A program made the translations under genes and the position numbers. Below the pieces are notes generated by a model that saw nothing but the letters and a program-made list of their open reading frames with translations, did no database searches and was not told the DNA's origin. From NCBI GenBank assembly GCA_963806535.1, contig CAWDYC010000004.1, positions 416,001-480,000 of the forward strand: 64,000 bases of DNA, written 5' to 3'. This document shows positions 21,943 through 33,624 of the stretch, one piece after another; within the stretch, counting starts at the first letter, position 1; each line of letters begins with the position of its first letter. The DNA is from Candidatus Bathyarchaeota archaeon (GTDB lineage: Archaea; Thermoproteota; Bathyarchaeia; Bathyarchaeales; Bathycorpusculaceae).

Positions 21943-22503
21943 TTGCAGAAAGGTGAGCGAGATGTCATGTCATATCTTGAGGCATGGAGTAGCTTTTTCA
22001 TAATTGTAGGGCCCTCTGCAGGCGCTCTGATTGGATTGCAATTCGTCATGATGACGTTAATTGCTGAGAGGTCTCCGCCACAAGCAACAGAGGCTAATCC
22101 TGCTTTTGCCACACCGACCATCGTACATTTTGGTGCCGTGCTGCTTTTGTCAGCAGTACTAAGTGCTCCATGGCCAGGAATGACGTTCGCCGCAGTTATT
22201 CTGGGTCTAATCGGTCTAATTGGAGTAGTCTACGTAATCCACGTGGCTGGACACATGAAAATGCAAACCTCATATAAACCAGAGTTCGCGGACTGGTTGT
22301 ACTATGCTCTGCTGCCCCTATTCGCATACATAATACTCGCATTATCAGCATTCATAACTCTATTTTATACAAGTGAGGCTTTGTTTGGCGTTGGAGCTGT
22401 GGCACTGTTGCTGCTTTTCATCGGCATTCATAACGCCTGGGATAGCGTCGTCTACCTTGCACTCTATAGTAAGCAGAATACGGATGGAAGGAAGGCAACC
22501 TGA
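21943..22503 (+). CDS. Multi-pass membrane protein of unknown function
   Basis: About five hydrophobic helices; W..FF...G.SAGALIGLQFV and IGIHNAWD motifs. Confidence 0.75.
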   Translation: MQKGERDVMSYLEAWSSFFIIVGPSAGALIGLQFVMMTLIAERSPPQATEANPAFATPTIVHFGAVLLLSAVLSAPWPGMTFAAVILGLIGLIGVVYVIHVAGHMKMQTSYKPEFADWLYYALLPLFAYIILALSAFITLFYTSEALFGVGAVALLLLFIGIHNAWDSVVYLALYSKQNTDGRKAT

Positions 22504-22561
22504 TTGAATGTAAACTCAATTTGGGTTGATTTTTTGTTTTAAAGTTATTGCGTCTTGAAGG

Positions 22562-22690
22562 TTATTGACGGTTTTTTTGGAAGGGTTTGTTCTTAGTGTT
22601 TTAAGTTGCTTTTTGTGTTTGCGGTTTGCTTCATTTGCAGGTTGCGTCAAAATTTGTCAAGAATCGTCAAAAAAATAAAATTAAGTCAAA
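22562..22690. repeat. Intergenic repeat W, copy with phased GTCAA motifs
   Basis: Similar to 3553-3660; GTCAA at 22646, 22656, 22666 and 22685. Confidence 0.6.
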
Positions 22691-22950
22691 GAAAGTGAAC
22701 CATTAATGTCCTATCAAGAGCTGTCGTGATCTAGTTTGGTCTAGCACTCGCTGTCGATATCGAAATTAACTTTATTTCGCGTTTTTGCTTCTCCTTTTTT
22801 TCTAGTTTTCCGAAATTTTATTCACTTAGCAAGTCTTTAATCGCTTCAATAAGATTGAAGTGGCGAAATCTCCTGCACACCCCTTTCTTAATTTTTGTAT
22901 CTAGCCAATCAACTTGCTTAAATGCATAGACCACAAGCTCAAAAAATTTG

Positions 22951-23769
22951 TTACTCTACCCTTTTCCCGTTTTTCCATTTGGTTTCAAAGAAGTCCCTTG
23001 CCAAATTTATAATAACTGGGCTGTTTGACCAAATAGCTGGGACTTCAGCAAATTCGGCATCACCGAAAATCGCCATGATTGTATCTTTCCCGTCAAATAT
23101 GCCTAATTTAACACTAGTTTTGGAGCAGAATTTGACTTCCATTTGTGGATTTTTAACCAATTCAGCACGAATTGACTCCAGTATTTTTTTGTTCATCGAT
23201 TTTTGTACTATCCATCTTATTTTTGCACCATTGTTACTCGCTCGTTCATAAGAATCAGAGCAAGAAGTTACCCATTTCATAAGTTCATCTGGTACGATGC
23301 TATCAACGCTAATTTGACATTTCCCGATAAGTTCTTGAGCTTTATGCAAAAGCGCTTGTTTCTTATTAATTATTAGAATTTGGTCCTTTTTGCCAGAATG
23401 ATGAGGTTTTCCATAGTTTCCCATAATTTTTTTGGCAAAAAACTGCGCTTTGTTGTTTAACTCACTAAAATAGACAATTTTTTCTCCAACCAATATAGAG
23501 AAGGCATCCATAGGCGGAACTGCTCGGAATCGATTTGGTTTTGCAATTACTTTTTCAACAATGCCTAATTTTTCGAGTTCTATCAATACCCGATAAACGT
23601 CCTGCCGTGAGACACCTGAAATTTGAAACAGACTCGCAGCATTTGATTCCATTCCTAATTTGAGAAGTGCAAGATAGATCTTGGTTTGGTTTTGGGTTAA
23701 GCCTAAATTCGAAAAAAAATTAAGATCATCTTCTTTGATAGAGAGGATCATGATGTTTATTCTGAGCAT
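22951..23769 (-). CDS. TrmB-family transcription regulator
   Basis: LGLTQNQTKIYLALL...SGVSRQDVYRVL.ELEKLGIVEK...P.RFRAVPP; C-terminal effector domain with IFDGK and FFETKW. Confidence 0.9.
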   Translation of the reverse strand: MLRINIMILSIKEDDLNFFSNLGLTQNQTKIYLALLKLGMESNAASLFQISGVSRQDVYRVLIELEKLGIVEKVIAKPNRFRAVPPMDAFSILVGEKIVYFSELNNKAQFFAKKIMGNYGKPHHSGKKDQILIINKKQALLHKAQELIGKCQISVDSIVPDELMKWVTSCSDSYERASNNGAKIRWIVQKSMNKKILESIRAELVKNPQMEVKFCSKTSVKLGIFDGKDTIMAIFGDAEFAEVPAIWSNSPVIINLARDFFETKWKNGKRVE

Positions 23770-23949
23770 GAATTTATTTAATTTTCGTAAAGTTCTCCTT
23801 GTCGTATGTTTGACTTACGGCTTTTTCTTAAATAGAAAATAAAAGATAGGTAGCTCGGACCTAAAAAAATTAGGTTACACAACTTTATGGAAAGAAAAAC
23901 AAAAATGAAAACGTTAATTGTAAAAACGTCAAAAAGAGGAAAATGAAAA

Positions 23950-26637
23950 ATGACTAAAAAAACAACCATATTATCACTACTGCTCATTATCGCAATGCTG
24001 ACACCCATGGCAATGTTACCATCAGCTTTTGGTCATAGCCCACCATTACAATGTAAATCGTACGCCTACATCAACGTAGCACCTAACCCTGCAGGCTCAG
24101 GGCAAACCGTCACCATCGGTTTCTGGCTAGGCATGCCCACGCCAACAGCATCCAACGTTTTCGGCGACCACTGGTCTAACATGACTATAACAGTCACAAA
24201 ACCCAACGGACAAACCGAAACCCTCGGTCCATTCACCGCAGACGATACCGGTGGTACATTCACCGTCTACACCCCTAACCAGCTTGGCAACTACACGTTC
24301 CAAATGCACTTCCCAGGACAAACCATCATAGACGCTAACCCAGTTCCAAACGAAGCCCCCGCAATCACAGCGTGGAAAGGTGACTACTTCCTACCAGCGG
24401 ACAGCCCAGTAGCTTCCTTAACAGTTCAACAAGACCCCATACCCATGTTCCCAGAAACCCCCTTGCCCAACCAATATTGGACTCGCCCAATCGAGTCAGT
24501 CAACAATTATTGGTACCAACTCGGTGGTAACTGGCTAGGTCTTGGCGGCTCAACATTCTCCAACACAGGCATGTATAACGACACTGGAAACTACAATCCG
24601 TACACCCTCGCACCCCACACATCACACATAATGTGGACTAAACCGGTTGCGTTCGGTGGACAAATCGGCGGCGAATTCGGCGGAGACCAAACAACCAACT
24701 TCTACTCAACATCACAGTACGAGCCAAAATATGATCCAGTCATAATCAACGGCATACTTTACTACGAAATGTACCCAGGTTCAACACAGGACCCAGCAGG
24801 CATCACTGCAGTTGATCTGAGAACTGGCGAAAACGTTTGGACAATAACAGACCTAAACTCTACAATACCAAACCCAATTCAGCAGCCTAAAGGCAGGGGG
24901 TCAGTTCAAGGTAACGGTGTAATCAGCTACACAACCACCTTGCGGTGTGGTCAAACGCTAGATTATGAGTCACCAAATCAATACGGTGCGCTCTCATATC
25001 TGTGGCTTCAACTAGCTGCTAACGCCCCTACAACAGCAAACTCAGGCATCTCATACGCAATGCTTGATGCAATGACAGGTAAGTATATCCTCACAATCGC
25101 AAACGGAACTTCAATGCGACTAACTGAGGATGCAGGCGGTAACCTAATCGGCTATTACGTCAACAACACTATAGGTACGATGCTCGTTAACGGTCAAACT
25201 GTAACAAGCACAGGTCCAATGCTTTACTGCTGGAACTCAACATTTAACGTCCAATTCCCCAACGGCAAAGACCCCTCATACACCGACTGGAGATGGGAAC
25301 CGATACAAGGTTCAGTTCTTGACTTCAAGCGTGGCTTAATGTGGGCCGTACCCCTACCATCAAACTATACGGGAACGCCACTTGTAGCAGGCTTAGGAAT
25401 TAGCGCAATCCAGAGCAACACTATACTCATGACCTCAACAAGCAGCCCCGGACTCAGCTTCGGTTACGGCTGGCAAATTGAAGCAGGCTACGACCAGACC
25501 ACTGGACAGCAACTCTGGATAACCAACAGAACACAGACACCCTACACCAGAATCGATATTGAAGGCGCAGGAAACGGCGTTTACACCGAAGTCTGCTATG
25601 AAACCTCTGTTTTAGAAGGCTACAGCCTACGTGACGGCAGCAAACTATGGACGACATCCCTGCCTAACCCCAACCCGTACGATAGCATCGGCGGATACAT
25701 GCATGTGGTCGCAAACAATATAGACTACATATGGTCTTTCGGCGGTAACATCTACGCTGTAAACTTTGCAGATGGCAAAATCCTCTGGACAACCGACACA
25801 AACAAAATCAGCGGTGACCCCGGCGATAACACGCCATACGGTATATGGCCACTGTGGACATTCACAGTCGGTAGCGTCGCTGACGGTATGCTGTTTGTTC
25901 CAGAAGGACACATGTACAACCCACCGCTATTCCACGGCGCACACCAATTAGCACTCAACATAACTGATGGTTCGTTGGTGTGGCAGATACTAGCCCATGA
26001 CGTTACAAGCGGACCGGCAATCTCAGACGGCATCATGACAACCCTGAGCGCATACGACAACCTAATCTACGCCTATGGGAGAGGCCCAAGCAAGACAACC
26101 GTGGCAGCACCCCAAATGGGCGTCACCACAGCAACCCCGATAACCATCACTGGCACAGTCACCGACATTTGCGCAGGTGCAAGCCAAAACGCGCAAGCGA
26201 TGAACTTCCCCAACGGTCTTCCATGTGTTTCAGATGAAAGCATGGAGCATTTCATGGAATTCGCCTACATGCAACAGCCACAAATGTACAATACAACGGG
26301 TGTAACGGTTAAATTCAGTGTTCTTGACTCAAACAACAACTTCCGAGAAATTGGACAAACAACAAGCGATGCAACAGGTGCCTATGGCTTCACCTGGACA
26401 CCGGACATTCTAGGTAACTACACCATAATCGCCAGCTTCCCAGGCACGCAATCATACTACCCATCATCCGCCCAAACTTATATCTACGCAAGCGAAGCAT
26501 CAACGCCAGTACCAACAGCAACAGTAGCGCAATCAGTCGATAACACCATGACCATAATAGGTATAGGTGTTGCCATAATCGTCGTCATAGTCATTGTTGG
26601 CGCTGTTCAAGCAATAATGATCAGAAAACGACCATAA
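23950..26637 (+). CDS. Membrane-anchored PQQ-like beta-propeller repeat protein (intact)
   Basis: Same architecture as 12500-15368: YWTRPI, HIMWTKP..FGG, AYDNLIYAYGRGPS, TM + RKRP. Confidence 0.9.
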   Translation: MTKKTTILSLLLIIAMLTPMAMLPSAFGHSPPLQCKSYAYINVAPNPAGSGQTVTIGFWLGMPTPTASNVFGDHWSNMTITVTKPNGQTETLGPFTADDTGGTFTVYTPNQLGNYTFQMHFPGQTIIDANPVPNEAPAITAWKGDYFLPADSPVASLTVQQDPIPMFPETPLPNQYWTRPIESVNNYWYQLGGNWLGLGGSTFSNTGMYNDTGNYNPYTLAPHTSHIMWTKPVAFGGQIGGEFGGDQTTNFYSTSQYEPKYDPVIINGILYYEMYPGSTQDPAGITAVDLRTGENVWTITDLNSTIPNPIQQPKGRGSVQGNGVISYTTTLRCGQTLDYESPNQYGALSYLWLQLAANAPTTANSGISYAMLDAMTGKYILTIANGTSMRLTEDAGGNLIGYYVNNTIGTMLVNGQTVTSTGPMLYCWNSTFNVQFPNGKDPSYTDWRWEPIQGSVLDFKRGLMWAVPLPSNYTGTPLVAGLGISAIQSNTILMTSTSSPGLSFGYGWQIEAGYDQTTGQQLWITNRTQTPYTRIDIEGAGNGVYTEVCYETSVLEGYSLRDGSKLWTTSLPNPNPYDSIGGYMHVVANNIDYIWSFGGNIYAVNFADGKILWTTDTNKISGDPGDNTPYGIWPLWTFTVGSVADGMLFVPEGHMYNPPLFHGAHQLALNITDGSLVWQILAHDVTSGPAISDGIMTTLSAYDNLIYAYGRGPSKTTVAAPQMGVTTATPITITGTVTDICAGASQNAQAMNFPNGLPCVSDESMEHFMEFAYMQQPQMYNTTGVTVKFSVLDSNNNFREIGQTTSDATGAYGFTWTPDILGNYTIIASFPGTQSYYPSSAQTYIYASEASTPVPTATVAQSVDNTMTIIGIGVAIIVVIVIVGAVQAIMIRKRP

Positions 26638-26652
26638 AGCAGAACCAAAACA

Positions 26653-26896
26653 TTTTCCCCTTCCTTTTTTTGTAAAGAAACGCTTTGAAAATATGGGGGC
26701 TGAGTGGGCTTTGGATAAATTAACATTTGTCGTGGTTGAGAATGGTTTTTGCATTTCCCCATTCTTTTCTTCCCTTAAAGTGGTTCAGCGCCTCAGCAAA
26801 CCCTTCGACACCGTAGCTGTCGAAAAGATGCTTTACTTGATGCCACAGGCCGATACCGGATTGTTACTCATCTTAGGGGAATTTGCCCAAAAATTA
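26653..26896. repeat. Tail repeat T joined directly to repeat X
   Basis: T matches 15385-15535 and 30022-30175; X matches 11971-12033. Confidence 0.75.
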
Positions 26897-29800
26897 TTTC
26901 ATCAATCTTTCTCGTGTCATTCAGACTTTGGATTTTGTTTTTTAATCACCCAACACGATATTTTGCCTAATTTAGCTGTCGGTGATGTGTAAAAACTTTT
27001 GTTGGATTTTATGAAATCTTGAATTTTTTAAACACTAATCTTGCAATCATGTTTATTTTTTTTCTAATTAATGACTGATCATGATAGAGTGTTAAATATA
27101 AAATACAATAGACTAAGGGATTACCGAAACAAAAAGGAGTGAGAAAAAAAATGAAATTTACGAAGAACAAAATTGCAACTTTTGTTATTGCTATATTCTT
27201 AATGCGTTCAAGACAGCTTCAATGATGCTATTGCCAACAACTGACGCACAACGCCCGCATGGCAAATACCAACATATGCCTACATACAGGCTATGCCTAA
27301 CACAGTGGGCGTCGGGCAGCAAGTAGACATTTTCTTGTGGCTTACCAACATTATTACGGTGTTACTGGATATAACGGCTCAACTTCCACAACTTTGAGCT
27401 TACCATAACAGCGGCTAATGGTGAAGTAACAACAGAAGCTTTTGCTAATATCAACCCAACGTCAGCCCAAGACTTCTGATATGTTCCTGATGAAGTCGGC
27501 ACGTACAATCTGACCTTCACCTATCCAGGAGAAGCATGCCCGACAGCAGGACTAGCCAGCCTTGTGCCAGTTGACCGATGTGCCTTATATAAATGACACT
27601 TTTACGTCATCTTCTGCATCAGGAACCTTACTGTGCAGCAGCAACCGCTCCCTGGTGCCACAACTTCTGAACCTTTGCCGACCAATTACTGGACACGACC
27701 AATATATGGTCTGAACACTAACTGGTATTCGATTTCGTCAAACTGGTTAGGCTTAGGTGCACCAAACTACGGTGGCTGGACCAATATGGTTCAAGCTCAA
27801 AGCTTTGAACTCAATGGCATGGCAGTGTTCCCAGGCGACGCTATAGGCTCTCAAACCTGCCATGTTATGTGGACTTCGCCGATGCAAAGTGGAGGAATTG
27901 TCGGAGGAGGCGCTTATGCGGTTCAAGGACAGAATATTCTTCGATGGCTCTGCATACCAGTAAGATACGTCAATCCGATAGTACTTGGTGGCCTGCTATT
28001 CGACACTGAACCCATATCATTCACAAACACGGGTTACGGACCTACCAATCCTAGTGGTCCTACAGTTCTGCGTTAATCTGCAATCGGGAAAAGTTCTTTG
28101 GTCTCGAAGCGATGTGCGACCGCTATTAATGGGCTATATGCCAGACGTCAGATGTAAACGAGCATGGAGTTTGTGAACCCATAATAATTTCAGAGCAGAC
28201 TATCGGTTCAACTACATCAGGCTTCCCCACTGTTATAGGAAATACAACTTGGATCGCTTATGATGGAGACACAGGAGACCCAATCTTCAATGTAACTAAT
28301 GTTCCAGCATATGGCTTAGAGGGATCACTTGGGCCTGGCAAAGCTATGGGTCCGGACGGTGAAGACTTGAACTATGTCTTTGCAAATGCAGGAACCGCTA
28401 CGAATCCAGACTGGCGCTTAGGCGAGTGGAACTCATCCTTGGTGAATCTTGCGTATTACCAGGGTAGACCAACATTCCAAAACCTAACCTATGTTGGCGA
28501 CAACCCAACCCCTACATAGTTATGGAGGCGATTTCAACAGGGCGAACCCCCGTTATGAGTTTAACGTTTCAGTACCATGGCTCAGCACAATGCCCGCATC
28601 AACCCCGCCGAACTCCGTTGGCAACAACAGCAGCAGCAAACAATACATATCCTTATGCCACGTTTTACGCAGCGAAGAATACTCCAGTAACGATTGTGTC
28701 GGCTAAGTACGGCGATGGAATACTTTGCTACAATGGTACAATGCCTTGCAACGGTGAAAACTTAGGTTTTCCATAGAAGCTCTGCACCGTACACGTACTT
28801 CTTTGTCAACCTCAATTCAAGTAGAGGCGCAATCGGATCGGTTGTTTGGTGGAGTACTTTTAACTCGCCAACAAACAACTACACTGTCGTACCTCAAGGA
28901 GTGGATTGGAACACTCGTATGTTCCTTCAAACATACAAGGAAAGTGTCCAATGGGTAGGATTCAACTTGGACACTGGTGAGCAAATTTGGACAGGTGCGT
29001 CGGAAGTACCCCTCAACTACTACGGCAGTCCAAGCCAAGGCGTTATCGCTGGCCAGGTTGCTTATGGTCACATCTACAGCGGTTCATCGGTGGAATAATC
29101 TATTGCTACGATGATACAACAGGGAAAGTATTGTGGACTTACGGCAACGGCGGCGCAGGCAACAGTACCAACTCTGACTTCAATTGGCCCTATGGAAATA
29201 TACCAACCTGCGTAGCCGCTATTGGCAATGGTGTAGTATACCTTTGGACAACTGAGCACACTTGGACAACACCGATTTACAAAGGTGGATTGGCACGCGC
29301 TATTAACGCTACTACAGGGCAGGAAATCTGGACATCTCATCAGTTACCATGAATTTCGGTGAGACAAGCTACGCTATGGCAGATGGCTTCAATACATGGT
29401 TTAACGGCTATGACAATCAAATCTGCACTGTAGGCAGAGGACCAAGCGCAACCACAGTTACGGCTGGACCGAAGTTTTCAACAATCGGAAATAGCGTGGT
29501 TATAGAAGGAACAGTTACAGACATATCTGCTGGCACAAAGCGAGATCAGCAAGTGGCAGACTTTCCCAACGGCGTTCCTGTCGCGTCAGACGCAAGCATG
29601 GGTCAATGGATGAGCTATGTTTATCAGCAACAATCGATGCCAACTAACTTTACTGGTGTTCCGGTGCAGTTTTACGTGCTAGACTCTAACGGGAACTATC
29701 GGCAAATAGGAAGTGCAACAACCGATGAAAGTGGTTCTTACAGTTTAACATGGACTCCTGACATTATTGGCAACTTCACTGTCTACGCCAATTTCGCGGG

Positions 29801-30172
29801 CACAAATGGATATTGGCCATCATCTGCTGAAACGCACTTCAACGTAGGCAGTCCGGCAGCAACTGCTCCAGTCGCGACAGCTCAAACAAACTTGGCAACC
29901 GCCGGTGATTTAATGACATATATAGTTGCATCAGCAATCGCCATAATTATTGTAATAGTAATAATTGGCGTTCTGATAATAGTGATGCAAAGAAAACGTG
30001 CATAAACAACTGACAAAAAAATTTCCCTTCCTTTTTTTTGGGTTTAAGAAATAATGGCGATAAATATGGGCTGAGTAGGCCTTTGATAATACTTATCTGT
30101 TCGCGTCTCAGAATGGATTTTGCGTTTCTATTCTTTTCTTCCTTTAAAGTGGTCCAGAGCATCAGCAAACCC
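26895..30172 (+). repeat. 3.3-kb direct duplication unit, copy 2
   Basis: Colinear with 12245-15535. Confidence 0.95.
27151..30005 (+). pseudogene. Degenerate paralog of the PQQ-propeller gene at 12500-15368
   Basis: Numerous 1-nt deletions and a TTA>TGA change (~27477) relative to copy 1; last ~650 nt intact and nearly identical. Confidence 0.75.
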
Positions 30173-30221
30173 TTCGTAAAAGAAAGAAAAAACTTTGGAG
30201 TTTGGGTTTCAAGTTATTTGC

Positions 30222-30689
30222 TTAAGATGGCTTTTCTCTTAAACCGAACATTACAGCAAACCCAAGCAAGAAGAATGCGGAACTGCAAATTATTAGTGGA
30301 AAAGTGTATCCCTGATATGGTGTTGTCGTTATATTGTACGAATATGGTTGGCTAACTTGATATCCTCCCACGCTTATTCCTGGAATAGTCTGAGCACTTG
30401 TCTGTTGATATGCATAAGCGAAGGCTGCAAACAAAAGCAGAAGTGTTCCGAAGATGACTATGAATAGCCCTATTTTTCGATAATTAACGCTTGACTTTTT
30501 TACTGGATTAGTTTCTGTGGAAGTATTGGAATATTGAACATCGCCTTTTGCTTCAACTGGGTTGGGGATAACTACTTTCTCTTCAATTGGCGGTTGTTTT
30601 GGATGGAAATCTTCTTTAAAAATTGGGCTATCATTTCTTTTTGTTCTTTCAAACCTCAAATAGCTTATCCATATTCCAGCTATCCCCAC
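30222..30689 (-). CDS. Hypothetical membrane protein (5' part probably frameshifted, may start ~30864)
   Basis: Hydrophobic helices at both ends of a polar linker. Confidence 0.5.
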   Translation of the reverse strand: MGIAGIWISYLRFERTKRNDSPIFKEDFHPKQPPIEEKVVIPNPVEAKGDVQYSNTSTETNPVKKSSVNYRKIGLFIVIFGTLLLLFAAFAYAYQQTSAQTIPGISVGGYQVSQPYSYNITTTPYQGYTFPLIICSSAFFLLGFAVMFGLREKPS

Positions 30690-31515
30690 GATAAGAAAAA
30701 CTAAACCTACAAAGAAGTATGGGGGCGATAAAAACAGTAGGGGTAGATTATTGTTGAACAGAAGAATCTGCTGTTTTGTAAGCCTTTGATATTACTGCAA
30801 GAATAATAAATAAAACTCCAACACTTGACGCAATATAGCTTAAGAGTTTGGCCAGCTTAATCATTTGTTTTCCTTCTTTCAGCTCATGTATTGTATATGA
30901 TGATATAATACTTATTCAAGTTTTCTCTTATATGTGAAAAAGGTCGTCTTTAACGAAGAGCATTGGCTGTGCATAATACTAGATACGTCACTTATGACAG
31001 TTTGATCACAGATACCCTTGAAGGATACGATAGTTATTTGCAAAAGGAAAAGGAAGCCGAACAAATAAGATCAATCATACAGGATCTATAATTGTTTACG
31101 CAAGAACCAAGGGTATAATTTAGTGATTGATGTTTCCGACGGTTTGTAAAAAACGCTGTTAACTCTCGAAAAATAAGGTGCTTTTGCTCGACGCAATTCT
31201 GGGTCATACCCTAAGCGTTCGGGCAAACGCGTGAGACCCCAAACTACCCTCTCTCTTCTGCAATATTTTTCCCGACTATTGTTTTACTCGTTTATTTATT
31301 TTATTAATCGGCGAGTAACTTGTTAGCGCGAGCCATTAAAAACGTGAAGAAGACGAAAGGTAACGTGGAGAAGAAGCAGTCAAAGATGTAATAAAACCTT
31401 TTTTTGTGAAAGCGTATAAAAATTTTCCCTAATGGGAGTGCCAAGTCGACCTACCACCAATCAGAAATACAAAGAATTAAAAGTTGAACAAAGTAATCTA
31501 AACTTAGTTGGTTCA

Positions 31516-32140
31516 ATGAGTAAAAAACAAGAGACAGATGAGAATTTAGACCTAATCAGGCGCGTTGACAAAGAATACAAAGATAGCGGGGTCAATTCAT
31601 TTTTTAATTATAAATTTGGGTTCTTGAATGCCTTTATGATCATCGTAATAGTGAATTTTGAGTCTTACTTCTTCTATTTCTTCCGTTCAGAACCAGCTCA
31701 AACGGTTATGGCGGACTTCCGACTATTTTGGCAATTTTCATTTCTTTTTCAGCGCTCACGATTACTCTTCAAGCATTCGCAGATAGGTCTGAAGAAAGTC
31801 TTCAAGTAGAAAGAAATTATTACTCGATATTAAGAAACTATGCACAAAAAACACGTTTTGAAAAGTTGAAAATATGGCGAGATTTATTTTATGGAGCAAA
31901 GGTTGAGAAAGCGATGAAAATCCATTGTTAAGAGCTATTATTAGAATAAAGGCGAAAAACCCTAAGTTGGGGCTTGAAGAATTGTTTCAAAGTAATAAAT
32001 TATTATTGAGCGAAAAATTTGTTAGGCTTCCCTTTTCGACCATTGATAACATATTACCTCTTTTGTTCGCAATTGCAACAGCAAAGAGAAATTCTGTTAA
32101 CAAAATTATTATAATCCACCCTTCAAATAACAGTCACTAA
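31516..32140 (+). CDS. Hypothetical membrane protein, fragmented
   Basis: Three consecutive overlapping + ORFs with hydrophobic segments. Confidence 0.35.
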
Positions 32141-32150
32141 GGCGTCAACT

Positions 32151-32927
32151 ATGAAACAATTCTTAATCACTCCAGCGGCAGGAAAACGATTAATTGCCAA
32201 AACCATAGCAAACCACCCAGCAATTAAAAGAGCCCTGAAAAACGGAACGCTTGTGATTGTTGCTGGAACAACTAATGGCTATGTGGCTGAAGAAATTTTC
32301 AGAACTAACAATATCTCAAACGATTTCTCTAGGCGCAGATTCTTTAGGGGTATAACTTTGCCGCCGACTCATTCAGTTACCGTTGAGGGGAGGCTTGCTG
32401 ACGAAAGCAAGTTTCCGGGTGATGTTGTGATAACTGAGGGTGTTTGGCAGAAAGGCAAAACGATTGCTGACGTTGTTGACACGCTCAAAGAGGGTGATGT
32501 TATCTTGAAGGGTGCAAACGCTTTAGATCTAACCCGTAAGCAGGCGGCAATTCTGATTGGTCACCCGAAAGCCGGAACCATAGGTTTAGCCTTACCCGCC
32601 ATAGTAGGGCGCCGAGTAAAACTCATAATACCCGTAGGCATTGAGAAACGAATAAACGGCGATTTAACTTCTTTAGCGGAAAAGCTCAACGAACCTGGCT
32701 TAAGCGGGTACCGTTTGCTGCCTGTTGTTGGAGAAGTATTTACCGAATTAGACGCGTTAACCGCTTTAACCGGCGCTGAAGTAGATTTGATTGCTGCTGG
32801 CGGTGTTTGTGGCGCCGAAGGCTCCTGCTGGATAGCTGTAACTGGGACTGAAGAACAGGAAGAGTTTGCCGCCGAAATTATTGCATCAATAAACTGCGAA
32901 CCACCATTTAGTCTTGATAACGAATAA
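32151..32927 (+). CDS. Conserved-looking hypothetical alpha/beta protein
   Basis: Intact 258-aa ORF; [42 protein letters not shown] motifs. Confidence 0.8.
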   Translation: MKQFLITPAAGKRLIAKTIANHPAIKRALKNGTLVIVAGTTNGYVAEEIFRTNNISNDFSRRRFFRGITLPPTHSVTVEGRLADESKFPGDVVITEGVWQKGKTIADVVDTLKEGDVILKGANALDLTRKQAAILIGHPKAGTIGLALPAIVGRRVKLIIPVGIEKRINGDLTSLAEKLNEPGLSGYRLLPVVGEVFTELDALTALTGAEVDLIAAGGVCGAEGSCWIAVTGTEEQEEFAAEIIASINCEPPFSLDNE

Positions 32928-33047
32928 TAAAAAAATGATTTGGCTTTTAGCTATTGGCGGTAGAAGAAGCCTTTCCTCCATAAAGTTAAAGAGGTCAAAC
33001 AGTTAAGAGAATTGTTAAAGCGCTCGTATTACAGAGCTTTTCAAAAT

Positions 33048-33320
33048 TTGCAAAAGCCACTAGAAGAAGTGAAAGAACAGCTTCAATCGCTAAAACCTAC
33101 TTTAAATAAACGGTTCAAAGTGGAAACTGTAGCGATATTTGGATCATATGCTCGTGGCGAACAAAATGAAACTCATGACTAGATATTTTGGTTGCGTATT
33201 CAGAAATGGTTGATTTGCTTTTAATCGACTCGTTTACGTAGAAACCTCAAACGCAAATTGCATATGAAAGTCGATGTTATTTCTAAAGAGTTCCTTAACA
33301 AATACATCAAAAATATCGAT
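33048..33320 (+). pseudogene. Minimal nucleotidyltransferase (MNT antitoxin) remnant
   Basis: MQKPLEEVK...IFGSYARGEQ...DILV...KVDVISK; frameshifted and truncated. Confidence 0.75.
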
Positions 33321-33449
33321 ATCGCTCTTTTGGTTTTGTTCTGCTCTAGCGTAGGAGCCAAAAAAACCTATAGTTTTCACTTGGTATCGCTCTTTTAGTA
33401 TTGGTTTAAGCTTTTCTAATTTACTTTTTATATCTTGGTCTATTTTCAT
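33311..33449 (-). pseudogene. Second MNT remnant (N-terminal half)
   Basis: LKPILKERYQVKTIGFFGSYARAEQNQKSDIDI, then runs into the antisense of the first MNT. Confidence 0.75.
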
Positions 33450-33624
33450 TTGTGTTCTCTATTAATTGCAGTTCGCAAGTTTTAGGGGAACAATGCTATC
33501 GCAAAAGTTAGCAGATTTTCATTTGAAAAAGAAGTTGCCATTATTAATTTGCTTTTAAAAAACTTTAACCTCTCATTCCATAGCCTGTTACGGTAAGGTT
33601 TTTCTGTAGAGCGGTTGATTAGAT

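Noticed and set aside
12245-30172. Diversity-generating retroelement template/variable repeat pair
   Set aside because: No reverse transcriptase; the duplication is gene-length and differences are not confined to adenines.
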